Below, piece after piece: positions 51,185 through 63,845 of a stretch of DNA of 64,000 nucleotides. How positions within the stretch are numbered: position 1 is the first letter of the stretch; each line of letters begins with the position of its first letter. Source of the DNA: Veleropilina oligotropha (taxonomy: Eukaryota); NCBI GenBank assembly GCA_048128005.1, contig JBEUKZ010000080.1, forward strand, positions 62,001 through 126,000, in the 5' to 3' direction. A program made the translations under genes and the position numbers. The notes under the pieces are model-generated. The model was not told the origin of the DNA. It made no database searches and was given only the letters and a program-made list of their open reading frames with translations.

Positions 51185-51340
51185 AAAAAGAATCTCACAT
51201 TCGTGGTCATTTAATATCACATTTATGAAACTCGTTAACTAATTTTCATATTTTCCTCAGTGAAACCTCGGAAAATATGAAAATTAGTTCACTCGATTCA
51301 TAAATTTGATATAAAATGACCACTCATGTGAGATCCCCTC
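51185..51340. repeat. Short imperfect palindrome (MITE-like)
   Basis: atctcacat..gtggtcattt / aaatgaccac..atgtgagat arms with an inner ctaattttcatattttcc / ggaaaatatgaaaattag pair. Confidence 0.6.
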
Positions 51341-51698
51341 TATACAAGACCTTTCGAGATATCATGTAGAAAAGAAATAAGCACATGTACAGTGCCACAG
51401 CATAACACCCCTCGCTTTTCGGCGGAAGCATAAAAATAGATATCTTCAAAACCAATGATAAAAAATATTAATAAAAATGACAAACAGTGTCATTGAATGT
51501 CTATTATCCGGAGGGTGTAAAATATGGCATTACAAAACTATTCCATTTGTAAATGTAACCTGACAACACTATGTAATAATTAATACTACCGTGAAGGCAT
51601 ACATCCATGGTTCCAGGCAGGTAAGAACATGAACGCTTTTTCAACGAATAAAAATACCATATTACAAATAGCCAGAAAATGGACCCACATGCAATATA

Positions 51699-51750
51699 CT
51701 AGGAATCCTCAGGTACAACAGAATTGACACTGGCATCCTGGGATATTTTT
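51699..51750 (-). CDS. CAMKK: CAMKK-like gene, probable terminal coding exon
   Basis: ttctttacag acceptor, phase-compatible with the previous exon, reads (R)KISQDASVNSVVPEDS*. Confidence 0.55.
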
Positions 51751-51879
51751 CTGTAAAGAAAAATTACTATTATTGATTGATTAACAAAATATTAATATAT
51801 ATTTATTAAACCTCAATATTGTTTCATGATTGTTTGGCCTTATCAGTGACTAATGTCCCATTTAACACCCTCTAGAGTC

Positions 51880-52692
51880 ATACCAGGACTTGTACATCTT
51901 ATAAACAGGGGACAGTCAAGTCACCCGGGAAGACTGGCCGCTCTGATCGGGCATGGACCACTGCATCTGTTACCAGGACTTGTCCATCTTATAAACAGGG
52001 GACAGTCAAGTCACCCGGGAAGACAGGCCGCTCTGATCGGGCACGGACCACTGCATCTGTTACCAGGACTTGTCCATCTTATAAACAGGGGACAGTCAAG
52101 TCACCCGGGAAGACTGGCCGCTCTGATCGGGCACGGACCACTGCATCTGTTACCAGGACTTGTCCATCTTATAAACAGGGGATAGTCAAGTCACCCGGGA
52201 AGACTGGCCGCTCTGATCGGGCACGGACCACTGCATCTGTTACCAGGACTTGTCCATCTTATAAACAGGGGATAGTCAAGTCACCCGGGAAGACTGGCCG
52301 CTCTGATCGGGCACGGACCACTGCATCTGTTACCAGGACTTGTCCATCTTATAAACAGGGGATAGTCAAGTCACCCGGGAAGACTGGCCGCTCTGATCGG
52401 GCACGGACCACTGCATCTGTTACCAGGACTTGTCCATCTTATAAACAGGGGATAGTCAAGTCACCCGGGAAGACTGGCCGCTCTGATCGGGCACGGACCA
52501 CTGCATCTGTTACCAGGACTTGTCCATCTTATAAACAGGGGATAGTCAAGTCACCCGGGAAGACTGGCCGCTCTGATCGGGCACGGACCACTGCATCTGT
52601 TACCAGGACTTGTCCATCTTATAAACAGGGGATAGTCAAGTCACCCGGGAAGACTGGCCGCTCTGATCGGGCACGGACCACTGCATCTGTTA
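51880..52692. repeat. 90-bp tandem repeat, ~9 copies (intronic)
   Basis: taccaggacttgtccatcttataaacagggga... recurs with an exact 90-bp period. Confidence 0.95.
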
Positions 52693-53586
52693 ATTCCACA
52701 GTCTCGGAACCGAGGATTCAAACCCACCTGGCCCATTGAAATGTGTATTGCCCGTAATTATCGCATAATGCCCTACACAATGCCTTACTAGTATAATATT
52801 ATGTGGATGTTATTAAAAGGTTTGATGATTCAAAGTGAAAGAACCTACATTGTTTACTGTTTTAAAGAGCCAAAAATCACTGCTGAAATCGGTACTCGTC
52901 CCTGATATCATTCAATGTATCTGCCATGACAATTACCAAGGTATCAGTCAATCGATCATTGACGTTTGGGTAATTTTCGAGCATACTTTTTATCAAAACA
53001 TGCAGACACTAGGTCAAATATGAATAATTTATTTATCTATTTGTAAAATAGTAAAACAGTGATAATTTTGCAGCTCAACTTTTCTTATTGCCCAAGGTAA
53101 CTTTGACAGTGCCCAACTTCACGAATTGTCCTTCGATGAAACGTCCGTTACTCCAATAATAAAACCTGACCCCGTTTATTAATTTTTTACTTTTAAATCG
53201 TATGCACTCCAGGGACCCTATATAATGTTTGGAAAAATTGCAATGTTTCTAACTTTGGCTATATTTGCTGCAGAGGGTTTAAAATTAAAAGCGTTTTTCG
53301 CTACTTACGGGCAATGCAACTTTAAGTAACTGGCTCACTTAAATAATTTTTACTAAATATCACTAACTTATCGTTATATTGAATATACTGTTTACATGTA
53401 TATTAAAGATGACAGACGAATCACAGTCCCATATTTATATTGTTACCATATAAATTTAGTTAACATATACTTATGAAGATTATATGACACAACAAAATTT
53501 GACGAAAATAAAATTGACAGATACATTAAAACAGTTACGAAAGTGAATGATTTTCTTTTCCAAACCAATGTCTTGAGCACAATTAC

Positions 53587-53720
53587 CTTTTCACAAAGGA
53601 ATGCATGGGGTTTGGCGCCGAATTGGATCGTCCGCTCTTTTGAAAGGCACCCTTGGTTCCAGAGCCAGGCCGGTAAGGGTTCTTGAACGATTTTTGCTTC
53701 AAAATGCTCTTCACCAAAAT
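53587..53720 (-). CDS. CAMKK: CAMKK-like exon (autoinhibitory/CaM-binding region)
   Basis: ILVKSILKQKSFKNPY...GRSNSAP with ag/gt boundaries. Confidence 0.85.
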
Positions 53721-54344
53721 CTAAATATATATATTAGTGAAACAATGATTGGTCGCATTGCATGTTTTTCTAACACTTCAACAATTTGTAAGTTGCATCA
53801 CATTATTATTTAATCAGAGGGTTATTGTTTAAAGCGCCGAGTCATCATTTGACATGGTCGCCAATCCAATCATTGATTGACTTTAATTGTCATAATCTAA
53901 CCAGAACTGTGATGTTCAAAGTTAGTTTTAGTCAAATGAAGAAGCAATAACTAAGGGCTAGAAAAAAGGAAAGGATCGATGATTAATATCCTGTATATTT
54001 CCAACCAACTTTAGGTTCCATATTATCAGTTTCACTTGAGGTTCGAACCCACTGTCAGCCGAATCAACTGAAGCCAGTCACAACCGAAACCACACGACTG
54101 TCGGAGTGGCCACTAAGGGTTAGAAAAACATCTAACGAGAGAATGAATAGTAATAACATCCCACTTGGACACACAAATACGTGGATTAAAGGTATATAGT
54201 TACTCTTTTGCAATGATCAATCCCTCGAGGTCGTCCAAGAAAGCGTTGGATCAACAACATCAAGACAGGAGAAAGCATGCAACCCAGTTGAAATGACTCT
54301 GAGGGTGGCCAACCCGGGGATGAATAGGAACGGAATTTCACACT

Positions 54345-54710
54345 TCTTACCAAGGTGTCCAGCTTTGGGATGTGTTTGTCCAAGTTATCCTTACCAAGGA
54401 ATCAATCTTTGGGATGTGTTCGACCAAGCTTATAATAACCCTTACCATGGCGTCCAGCTTTGGGATGTGTTTGACCAAGCTTATAATAGCCCTTACCAAG
54501 GTGTCCAGCTTTGGGATGTGTTTGATCAAGCTTATAATAACCCTTACCAAGGTGTCCAGCTTTGGTGTGTGTTTGACCAAGTACACTTCTTACCAGGGAT
54601 TTGTTATACCAAGTTATCTTTACAAAGGTGTCCAGCTTTGGAATGCGTTTGACCAAGCTTATAATAACCCTTACCAAGGTGTCCAGCTTTGGGATGTGTT
54701 TGACCAAGTT
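54345..54710. repeat. ~51-bp tandem repeat containing the exon 3' end and splice donor
   Basis: ccttaccaaggtgtccagctttgggatgtgtttgaccaag, about 7 copies. Confidence 0.85.
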
Positions 54711-54803
54711 ATCAACTTCCTCGTCAGTGACCGTCACCAGAATGCAGTTCTCTTCCGTGGTCGGCATCACATGCTGGCCGAATTTAGTGATCCAAGGATG
54801 ACT
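54675..54803 (-). CDS. CAMKK: CAMKK-like exon
   Basis: SHPWITKFGQHVMPTTEENCILVTVTDEEVDNLVKHIPKLDTL, 129 nt, ag/gt boundaries. Confidence 0.9.
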
Positions 54804-55173
54804 CTGCGTGTAGGAAACATTATACCATTACGCACAAATATATATGGTTTGTTAAAATGCAATGGCTGAGAGGACAATCATAGATTATTCATATACTCTT
54901 ATTAACTGTGATGAAACTGCCATCCTGCTACCTCAATCACGGTGTTTATTACCAAACGAGGTCGGTAAATTGTTCAACATTTATATTAAAACTGCCTGTT
55001 CTGTTCACCTGAACTGGATGCGACCCAGGTTGTGCACCGGTTCAGGAACACAGAATCCAACGCTGCTCAAATATCTCTTTATAACAGTATTAAAGCTACA
55101 GAATATCAAACAAAACAAACAACTTCATAAGCGATCAGTAGGACATTAATTTGCATAATACTGGATGTTGATA

Positions 55174-56587
55174 CAGTGCATTCCACTTATTTGCATAGCG
55201 ATTATTTATGCGATTATCCGGATTATGCGATTAACGGTTTTAACCAAATCGGTAAATTTGGGAAATTATTTTTCGCCGGAAATCATTGACGATAATTACT
55301 TGTATTTAAAATAGTTCTTCATTATAAATATGTTCTGATAATAAATTTATTTGTAAATGTATTTTTCCTTCCATAAAATGATAAATACGTATTGTACACA
55401 CAATATCTTGTGGTTATTCTGACCTGAAGGTGATTAGCCTGTTTCAGTAGAATTGATATAGATTTCGAAAGCGTATCGTCTCATTTCATACATTACTATG
55501 ATGTGGCAATTCATTTTCAGAACGTTTCTCTTCTGCTGAACACGTGTCGCATTATTGACCGCCATGTTGAAAAATTAGTCTCGCGTTATTGGCCGCCATG
55601 TTGAAAAATTAGTCTATGTTTTAATCTCGAATTGATTTTTATTTACAGTTATTGAATAATTATTTCTGGCGAGATTTAATTATTACAGTATATTATGATT
55701 TGATATAAAAAACATTATTGTCTTCATATAAAATTAAAATAATAATTAAATCGCCCTAGTTCGCAAGCGGCAACGACGAGGCTACGTATTCTCAAAAACT
55801 AAATCAGGGGAGATAATACTTCACATTTTGTAGGATCAGTCATGTTAATTGTTACAAATGTTGTTGATGTCTTAGAATTATGTAATTTATCGGCGATCTA
55901 AGAGCTGTTCGTGTGAATAGATGTAATGACACCGTTTACTTTGATTCATATGCCTTCGATTTTGCGTTCAGATAAACTCAACAGTCTGTCATTTGGATTC
56001 GGGACAATAGATTTTTAATCCCCTTTAATCCATTTATCGTGTCACGGTGTGTGACGATGTTCGCAACTTCAAAAATCAGACAAAGGCGATTGTTTATAGA
56101 CCTAATTTAGCAAAACACAAATATCCCTTTTGATGCCGACACAACGTTGGGCCTTTATCGATCGATAATTTCCCCGACTGACATCGCTCATTTCCATAAC
56201 ATTTCTGCACTGAAACGATGTTTACCGAACTTTCAGTTGCGACTTTTTCTGGAAGTAAAATTATTTTGGAACCCACGAGGTTGCAGAAATGGCTCAAACT
56301 TCGAATGTTACTGTTGAATAAACATCTTTACGATGGCGTAGCAATACATACTGGCAAATACGCAAGTATTTTGATCAATTTGGCGATTTTATTATCAATT
56401 ATGTATTGTTTTGTCAATTATGCAGTCGAAAAAAATTTGTGCAAATAAGGGAAAATCCGTTAATTATGCATGTAATTAAGCGATTATTTGCATATGATAA
56501 TAATAGTAATCTATTCTGTTCCTGCAGATTTTATGCAAATATCTGAAATATGCAATTAAGCATTATGCAATTAAATGGAATCCACTG
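55174..56587. mobile_element. Non-autonomous Tc1/mariner (pogo/Tigger-like) element in an intron
   Basis: TA-CAGTGCATTCCACTTATTTGCATA ... TATGCAATTAAATGGAATCCACTG-TA. Confidence 0.7.
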
Positions 56588-56664
56588 TAAAGCATATTCT
56601 TGTTGTGAGGTTTGAATGATTACCTTGATCTCGCTTAGCGTTACATCATTAAGCCACGCTTTAC

Positions 56665-56752
56665 CTTGATCTCGCTTAGCGTGATCCTGGTGTCCGGGTT
56701 TTTATCCAACATCCTCAGGATCAGATCAATTAATTCATCCCCCATCACAGGG
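56665..56752 (-). CDS. CAMKK: CAMKK-like exon (kinase subdomain XI)
   Basis: PVMGDELIDLILRMLDKNPDTRITLSEIK, 88 nt, phase-consistent. Confidence 0.9.
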
Positions 56753-57126
56753 CTGCAACATAAAAATACCAGAATGATCATCCCACATCACAGGGCTGCA
56801 ACAGAAGAATACCAGAATGATCATCCCCCATCACAGGGCTGCAACAGAAGAATACCAGAATGATCATCCCCCATCACAGGGCTGCAACAGAAGAATATCA
56901 GAATGATCATCCCCCATCACAGGGCTGCAACAGAAGAATACCAGAATGATCATCCCCCATCACAGGGCTGCAACAGAAGAATACCAGAATGATCAACCCC
57001 CATCACAGGGCTGCAACAGAAGAATACCAGAATGATCATCCCCCATCACAGGGCTGCAACAGAAGAATACCAGAATGATCATCCCCCATCACAGGGCTGC
57101 AACAGAAGAATACCAGAATGATCATC
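56735..57126. repeat. 43-bp tandem repeat containing the splice acceptor and exon start, ~9 copies
   Basis: gaatgatcatcccccatcacagggctgcaacagaagaatacca. Confidence 0.92.
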
Positions 57127-57135
57127 GCAAAATGA

Positions 57136-57665
57136 GAACAAGAGGCCTTTCGACATTTACAGCTCCGCTGGAAAGGGTTCATCAATATAGTGAAACAACT
57201 TTATAAATTTTGGCAGCACTTCCCCATGTAATAGCATACCAATATGTGGGCTAGCTGTCTTGACAAAGTCCAAATTCTGAATTTCAGCAAAACTGAGACG
57301 TACATTTTTCTAATATTCACAGGATAAGTTAAACACATCATAAGGAAGGCTCATGCGAATTAAGAAAATAAGTTATCAGACAGTTTCGGAGACATTAACA
57401 TTTTAAGTCAAAACTTGTCACAGAAGTGGATTTTCTAAGTCCAAAAATGTAAATTTCAGAAAAACCATGATGTAGCATTTTCTCATAATTTCAGGATATG
57501 TTCAGAACATCATAAGGAAGGCTCATGCCAAAGTAGATAAAAAGTTTTGAAGACATTCACATTAATTTCAAGTCAAAAGTTGACGCCGGACGACAGACGG
57601 ACGTACGCCGGACAAAGCGGTATCAGTAAAGCTCCGCTAACTATGTCACTGCGGAACTAAAAACA
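57136..57665. mobile_element. HINE/DINE-1-like non-autonomous element (related copy ~57895-58908)
   Basis: acaagag start, subterminal agctccgct repeated near a 3' hairpin (gcgga.ct) and internal tandem blocks. Confidence 0.45.
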
Positions 57666-57811
57666 AAAAGCATATTGGTGGACTAAGTCGACCTGAATTA
57701 GCAACAACAAAACGGTCAGCAAAACTCAGAGTCTGTATTAGCTTGGTAGAAATTATGAAGTAAATAAGAAGAAATATAAATTTATGGCATTCAGTAACAT
57801 ATTTTATTTAC

Positions 57812-57885
57812 CTTTTTGGAAATACAACTGGATCCATCAGGATCATCCTATGCAGACCTAACACATATTCATCTTCAAAAGGCAC
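57812..57885 (-). CDS. CAMKK: CAMKK-like exon (kinase subdomain X)
   Basis: VPFEDEYVLGLHRMILMDPVVFPK, 74 nt, ag/gt boundaries. Confidence 0.9.
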
Positions 57886-59020
57886 CTAAAATACATCAAG
57901 AGCAACCTTTAAGGCTTGAAATGGCTCGCATGACATTGTGTGAAACAGCAAATAAATCACCTCAATTACAAGATTTTTGATGCAGGAATATTAAAACATG
58001 ACGGAGACATGCTAAATTGTGTATATGATATCCTTCTGAGCCAATTTTTGAAAGTTTGAAAAAAAAATAGAAGTGGTCACCACTAAGTCGCATGCGTCCA
58101 CCACACATATTATTGACGACATCTATACCTCCAGAAACCACATTCAAAGTGGTCAAAAAAGTTAAATCTTTAGAATAAATTCCCCATATTCAAGCTTCAT
58201 CTACCCGCCCGGCCGTAGCAATGATGTAGCTAGTTGAACTGTAATCTTTGAGGTCAGCATTTCTTTAAATTGAAAAATATTAGTGAGAAAATATATGACA
58301 TTCATGCTCACAGACACTATTATCGAAGATTTAAAAATAATCTTAATATTTGAAATTGATCTACCACATCATTTGGTTAGTTTATCTGTAAATTTTCAAA
58401 AAGTCAGCATTTCTCTGAATGGTTACAAAATTAATATATATATAATAGGGATGCATCAATATAGTCAAACAACTTTAGAAATTTGGGCAGCACTTCCCAT
58501 GTTATAGCATACCAATATGCAGGACAGCTGTTTTTCCAAATTCCAAGACGTACATTTTTCTAATATTCGCAGGATAAGTTCATAAGGAATGGTCATGCAA
58601 AATTAGAAAAAAGTTATCAGACAGTTTCGGAGATATTCACATTTGATGTCAAGTTGCCACAGAAGCAGATTTTCTATGTCCTAAAAGGTAAATTTAAAAA
58701 ACCAGAGACGTAGAGTTTTCTAATTTATGCAGGATATGTTTAGAACATCATAAGGACGGCTCATGCCAACTAAGAAAATAATTATCAGACAGTTTTGGTG
58801 ATATTCACATTTCAAGTCAAAAGTTGACGCCCGACGGATGGAAGTACACTGGACAAAGCGTACATGCAGTAAAGTTCCGCTACTACATCACAGCGGAGCT
58901 AAAAAAATTGCGTACATGCTTTCAAAGACTGTTCAAAAGTCACGAAAAGATTTTCACCCGAGGCTCCGGCGCTATTTCAGCACTGACTGATAGGCTTACT
59001 AAGAGTTGAGTGCTACAATA

Positions 59021-62000
59021 ATTATAAGCACTACTCTGCCGCTTACCCGTCCATACACCAGGCTGTAGAGAGTGACCCCCATGGCCCAGATGTCCAGTGA
59101 ACTATAAGCACTACTCGGCCGCTTACCCGTCCATACACCAGGCTGTAGAGAGTGACCCCCATGGCCCAGATGTCCAGTGAAATATGAGCACTACTCGGCC
59201 GCTTACCCGTCCATACACCAGGCTGTAGAGAGTGACCCCCATGGCCCAGATGTCCAGTGAACTATAAGCACTACTCGGCCGCTTACCCGTCCATACACCA
59301 GGCTGTAGAGAGTGACCCCCATGGCCCAGTGAACTATAAGCAATACTCTGCCGCTTACCCGTCCATACACCAGGCTGTAGAGAGTGACCCCCCTGGCCCA
59401 GATGTCCAGTGAACTATAAGCACTACTCGGCCGCTTACCCATCCATACACCAGGCTGTAGAGAGTGACCCCCATGGCCCAGATGTCCAGTGAACTATAAG
59501 CACTACTCGGCCGCTTACCCGTCCATACACCAGGCTGTAGAGAGTGACCCCCATGGCCCAGATGTCCAGTGAACTATAAGCACTACTCGGCCGCTTACCC
59601 GTCCATACACCAGGCTGTAGAGAGTAACCCCTATGGCCCAGATGTCCAGTGAACTATAAGCACTACTCGGCCGCTTACCCATCCACACACCAGGCTGTAG
59701 AGAGTGACCCCCATGGCCCAGATGTCCAGTGAACTATAAGCACTACTCGGCCGCTTACCCGTCCATACACCAGGCTGTAGAGAGTGAACCCCATGGCCCA
59801 GATGTCCAGTGAACTATAAGCACTACTCTGCCGCTTACCCGTCCATACACCAGGCTGTAGAGAGTGACCCCCATGGCCAGTGAACTATAAGCACTACTCT
59901 GCCGCTTACCCGTCCATACACCAGGCTGTAGAGAGTGACCCCCATGGCCCAGATGTCCAGTCAACTATAAGCACTACTCGGCCGCTTACCCGTCCATACA
60001 CCAGGCTGTAGAGAGTGACCCCCATGGCCCAGATGTCCAGTGAACTATAAGCACTACTCTGCCTCTTACCCGTCCATACACCAGGCTGTAGAGAGTGACC
60101 CCCATGGACCAGATGTCCAGTCAACTATAAGCACTACTCGGCCGCTTACCAGTCCATACACCAGGCTGTAGAGAGTGACCCCCATGGCCCAGATGTCCAG
60201 TGAACTATAAGCACTACTCGACCGCTTACCAGTCCATACACCAGGCTGTAGAGAGTGACCACCATGGCCCAGATGTCCAGTGAACTATAAGCACTACTCT
60301 TCCGCTTACCCGTCCATACACCAGGCTGTAGAGAGTGACCCCCATGGCCCAGATGTCCAGTGAACTATAAGCACTACTCGGCCGCTTACCCGTCCAGATG
60401 TCCAGTGAACTATAAGCACTACTCTGCCGCTTACCCGTCCATACACCAGGCTGTAGAGAGTGACCCCCATGGCCCAGATGTCCAGTGAACTATAAGCACT
60501 ACTCTGTCGCTTACCCGTCCATACACCAGGATGTAGAGAATGACCCCCATGGCCCAGATGTCCAGTGAACTATAAGCACTACTCGGCGGCTTACCCGTCC
60601 ATACACCAGGCTGTAGAGAGCGACCCCCATGGCCCAGATGTCCAGTGAACTATAAGCACTACTCGGCCGCTTACCCGTCCATACACCAGGCTGTAGAGAG
60701 TGACCCCCATGGCCCAGATGTCCAGTGAACTATAAGCACTACTCGGCCGCTTACCAGTCCATACACCAGGATGTAGAGAGTGACCCCCATGGCCCAGATG
60801 TCCAGTGAACTATAAGCACTACTCTGCCGCTTACCCGTCCATACACCAGGCTGTAGAGAGTGACCCCCATGGCCCAGATGTCCAGTGAACTATAAGCACT
60901 ACTCGGCCGCTTACCCGTCCATACACCAGGCTGTAGAGAGTGACCCCCATGGCCCAGATGTCCAGTGAACTATAAGCAATACTCTGCCGCTTACCCGTCC
61001 ATACACCAGGCTGTAGAGAGTGACCCCCATGGCCCAGATGTCCAGTGAACTATAAGCACTACTCGGCCGCTTACCCGTCCATACACCAGGCTGTAGAGAA
61101 TGACCCCCCATGACCCAGATGTCCAGTGAACTATAAGCACTACTCTGCCACTTACCCGTCCATACACCAGGCTGTAGAGAGTGACCCCCATGGCCCAGAT
61201 GTCCAGTGAACTATAAGCACTACTCTGACGCTTACCCGTCCATACACCAGGCTGTAGAGAGTGACCCCCATGGCCCACTACTCTGCCGCTTACCCATCCA
61301 TACACCAGGCTGTAGAGAGTGACCCCCATGGCCCAGATGTCCAGTGAACAATAAGCACTACTCTGACGCGTACCCGTCCATACACCAGGCTGTAGAGAGT
61401 GACCCCCATGGCCCACTACTCTGCCGCTTACCCATCCATACACCAGGCTGTAGAGAGTGACCCCCATGGCCCAGATGTCCAGTGAACTATAAGCACTACT
61501 CTGCCGCTTACCCGTCCATACACCAGGCTGTAGAGAGTGACCCCCATGGCCCAGATGTCCAGTGAACTATAAGCACTACTCTGACGCTTACCCGTCCATA
61601 CACCAGGCTGTAGAGAGTGACCCCCATGGCCCACTACTCTGCCGCTTACCCATCCATACACCAGGCTGTAGAGAGTGACCCCCATGGCCCAGATGTCCAG
61701 TGAACTATAAGCACTACTCTGACGCTTACCCGTCCATACACCAGGCTGTAGAGAGTGACCCCCATGGCCCAGATGTCCAGTGAACTATAAGCACTATTCG
61801 GCCGCTTACCCATCCATACACCAGGCTGTAGAGAGTGACCCCCATGGCCCAGATGTCCAGTGAACTATAAGCACTACTCTGCCGCTTACCCGTCCATACA
61901 CCAGGCTGTAGAGAGTGACCCCCATGGCCCAGATGTCCAGTGAACTATAAGCACTACTTGGCCGCTTACCCGTCCATACACCAGGCTGTAGAGAGTGACC

Positions 62001-63393
62001 CCCATGGCCCAGATGTCCAGTGAGCTATAAGCACTGGTCTGCCGCTTAACCGTCCATACACCAGGCTGTAGAGAATGACCCCCATGGCCCAGATGTCCAG
62101 TGAATTATAAGCACTACTCGGCGGCTTACCCGTCCATACACCAGGCTGTAGAGAGTGACCCCCATGGCCCAGATGTCCAGTGAACTATAAGCACTACTCG
62201 GCCGCTTAGCCATCCATACACCAGGCTGTAGAGAGTGACCCCCATGGCCCAGATGTCCAGTGAACTATAAGCACTATTCGGCCGGTTACCAGTCCATACA
62301 CCAGGCTGTAGAGAGTGACCCCCATGGCCCAGATGTCCAGTGAACTATAAGCACTACTCTGCCGCTTACCCGTCCATACACCAGGCTGTAGAGAGTGACC
62401 CCCATGGCCCAGATGTCCAGTGAACTATAAGCACTACTCGGCCGCTTACCCGTCCATACACCAGGCTGTAGAGAGTGACCCCAATGGCCCAGATGTCCAG
62501 TGAACTATAAGCAATACTCTGCCGCTTACCCGTCCATACACCAGGCTGTAGAGAGTGACCCCCATGGCCCAGATGTCCAGTGAACTATAAGCACTATTCG
62601 GCAGCTTACCCGTCCATACACCAGGCTGTAGAGAGTGACCCCCATGGCCCAGATGTCCAGTGAACTATAAGCACTACTCTGCCGCTTACCCATCCATACA
62701 CCAGGCTGTAGAGAGTGACCCCCATGGCCCACTAATCTGCCGCTTACCCGTCCATACACCAGGCTGTAGAGAGTGACCCCCATGGCCCAGATGTCCAGTG
62801 AACTATAAGCACTATTCGGCCGCTTACCCATCCATACACCAGGCTGTAGAGAGTGGGCCGCTTCGGTAGCGCAGTGGGTAGAGTGTCCACTCTAAATTCA
62901 CTGGCTTGTTTCCGCTGACGCGAACAGTAGTGGGATCGACCCCCGGCTGAGGCAGCACACATTTGTTCAAGTTATGAAGCACAGTTGTCCGTGACTGGCC
63001 GAAGAGGGCGGGTTTACCCGGCGACCGGGGTTTCCTCCCGCGATAACACGGACATGTCCTGCCTTGAACCTCGATGTTATAAATATACAGGACATTAAGC
63101 ATAATTCCTCCTCCTCCTGTAGAGAGTGACCCCCATGGCCCAGATGTCCAGTGAAATATAAGCACTACTCTGCCGCTTACCCGTCCATACACCAGGCTGT
63201 AGAGAGTGACCCCCATGGCCCAGATGTCCAGTGAACTATAAGCACTACTCTGCCGCTTACCCGTCCATACACCAGGCTGTAGAGAGTGACCCCCATGGCC
63301 CAGATGTCCAGTGAACTATAAGCACTACTCTGCGGCTTACCCGTCCATACACCAAGCTGTAGAGAGTGACCCCCATGGCCCAGATGTCCAGTG
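59021..63393. repeat. 80-bp tandem array (~50 copies) built from a CAMKK exon plus its splice donor
   Basis: Minus-strand unit gtaagcggccgagtagtgcttatagttcactggacatctgggccatgggggtcactctctacagcctggtgtatggacgg. Confidence 0.95.
62855..63116 (+). mobile_element. tRNA-derived SINE inserted in the 80-bp array
   Basis: TSD ctgtagagagt (62844-62854 / 63117-63127), A/B-box-like motifs and a (CCT)n tail. Confidence 0.85.
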
Positions 63394-63394
63394 C
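63341..63394 (-). CDS. CAMKK: CAMKK-like exon (kinase subdomain IX); upstream exons lie beyond the window
   Basis: ttacag|ALDIWAMGVTLYSLVYGR|gtaag, 54 nt. Confidence 0.9.
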
Positions 63395-63639
63395 CTGTAA
63401 CATGGATTAATTAAAATGCAGGAGTAATGTTAACAACAAAAATGCTTTGCAGCATTAACTACACGCAGCAGCATAAATATTTAAAACTACATATGGTAAT
63501 AATATTTGCTGAAGGAATTGTGACATTTATTTATTGATATAATAATTATTAATGTCTATAATCTATATATCCTTATACGCAAATGTGAAACTCCCTGAAG
63601 ATATTAATTTGATTTAATACAGCCTTAACCCTATTAACC

Positions 63640-63845
63640 CGTTAATCCGCTATAACAAGGTATCCCTTAAATGTCTATAACCCACAGTCTATAACGGGAC
63701 ATCCCTTAAATGTCAATAACCCATAGTCTATAACGGGGTATCCCTTAAATATCTATAGCCCATAGTCTATAACAGGTATCCCTTAAATGTCTATAACCCA
63801 TAGTCTATAACGGGGTATCACTTCAATGTCTATAACCCATAGTTC
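63640..63845. repeat. ~37-bp minisatellite
   Basis: tatcccttaaatgtctataacccatagtctataacgggg repeated. Confidence 0.85.

Noticed and set aside
51880..52692. 110-aa ORF 51853-52185, or a CRISPR array
   Set aside because: It is simply the translation of a 90-bp intronic tandem repeat with no spacers.
62855..62950. tRNA gene
   Set aside because: It is the tRNA-like head of a multi-copy SINE with tail and TSD, and has no proper cloverleaf.
59021..63393. CRISPR-like regular array
   Set aside because: Units are head-to-tail with no unique spacers, there are no cas genes, the context is eukaryotic, and the unit derives from a kinase exon.
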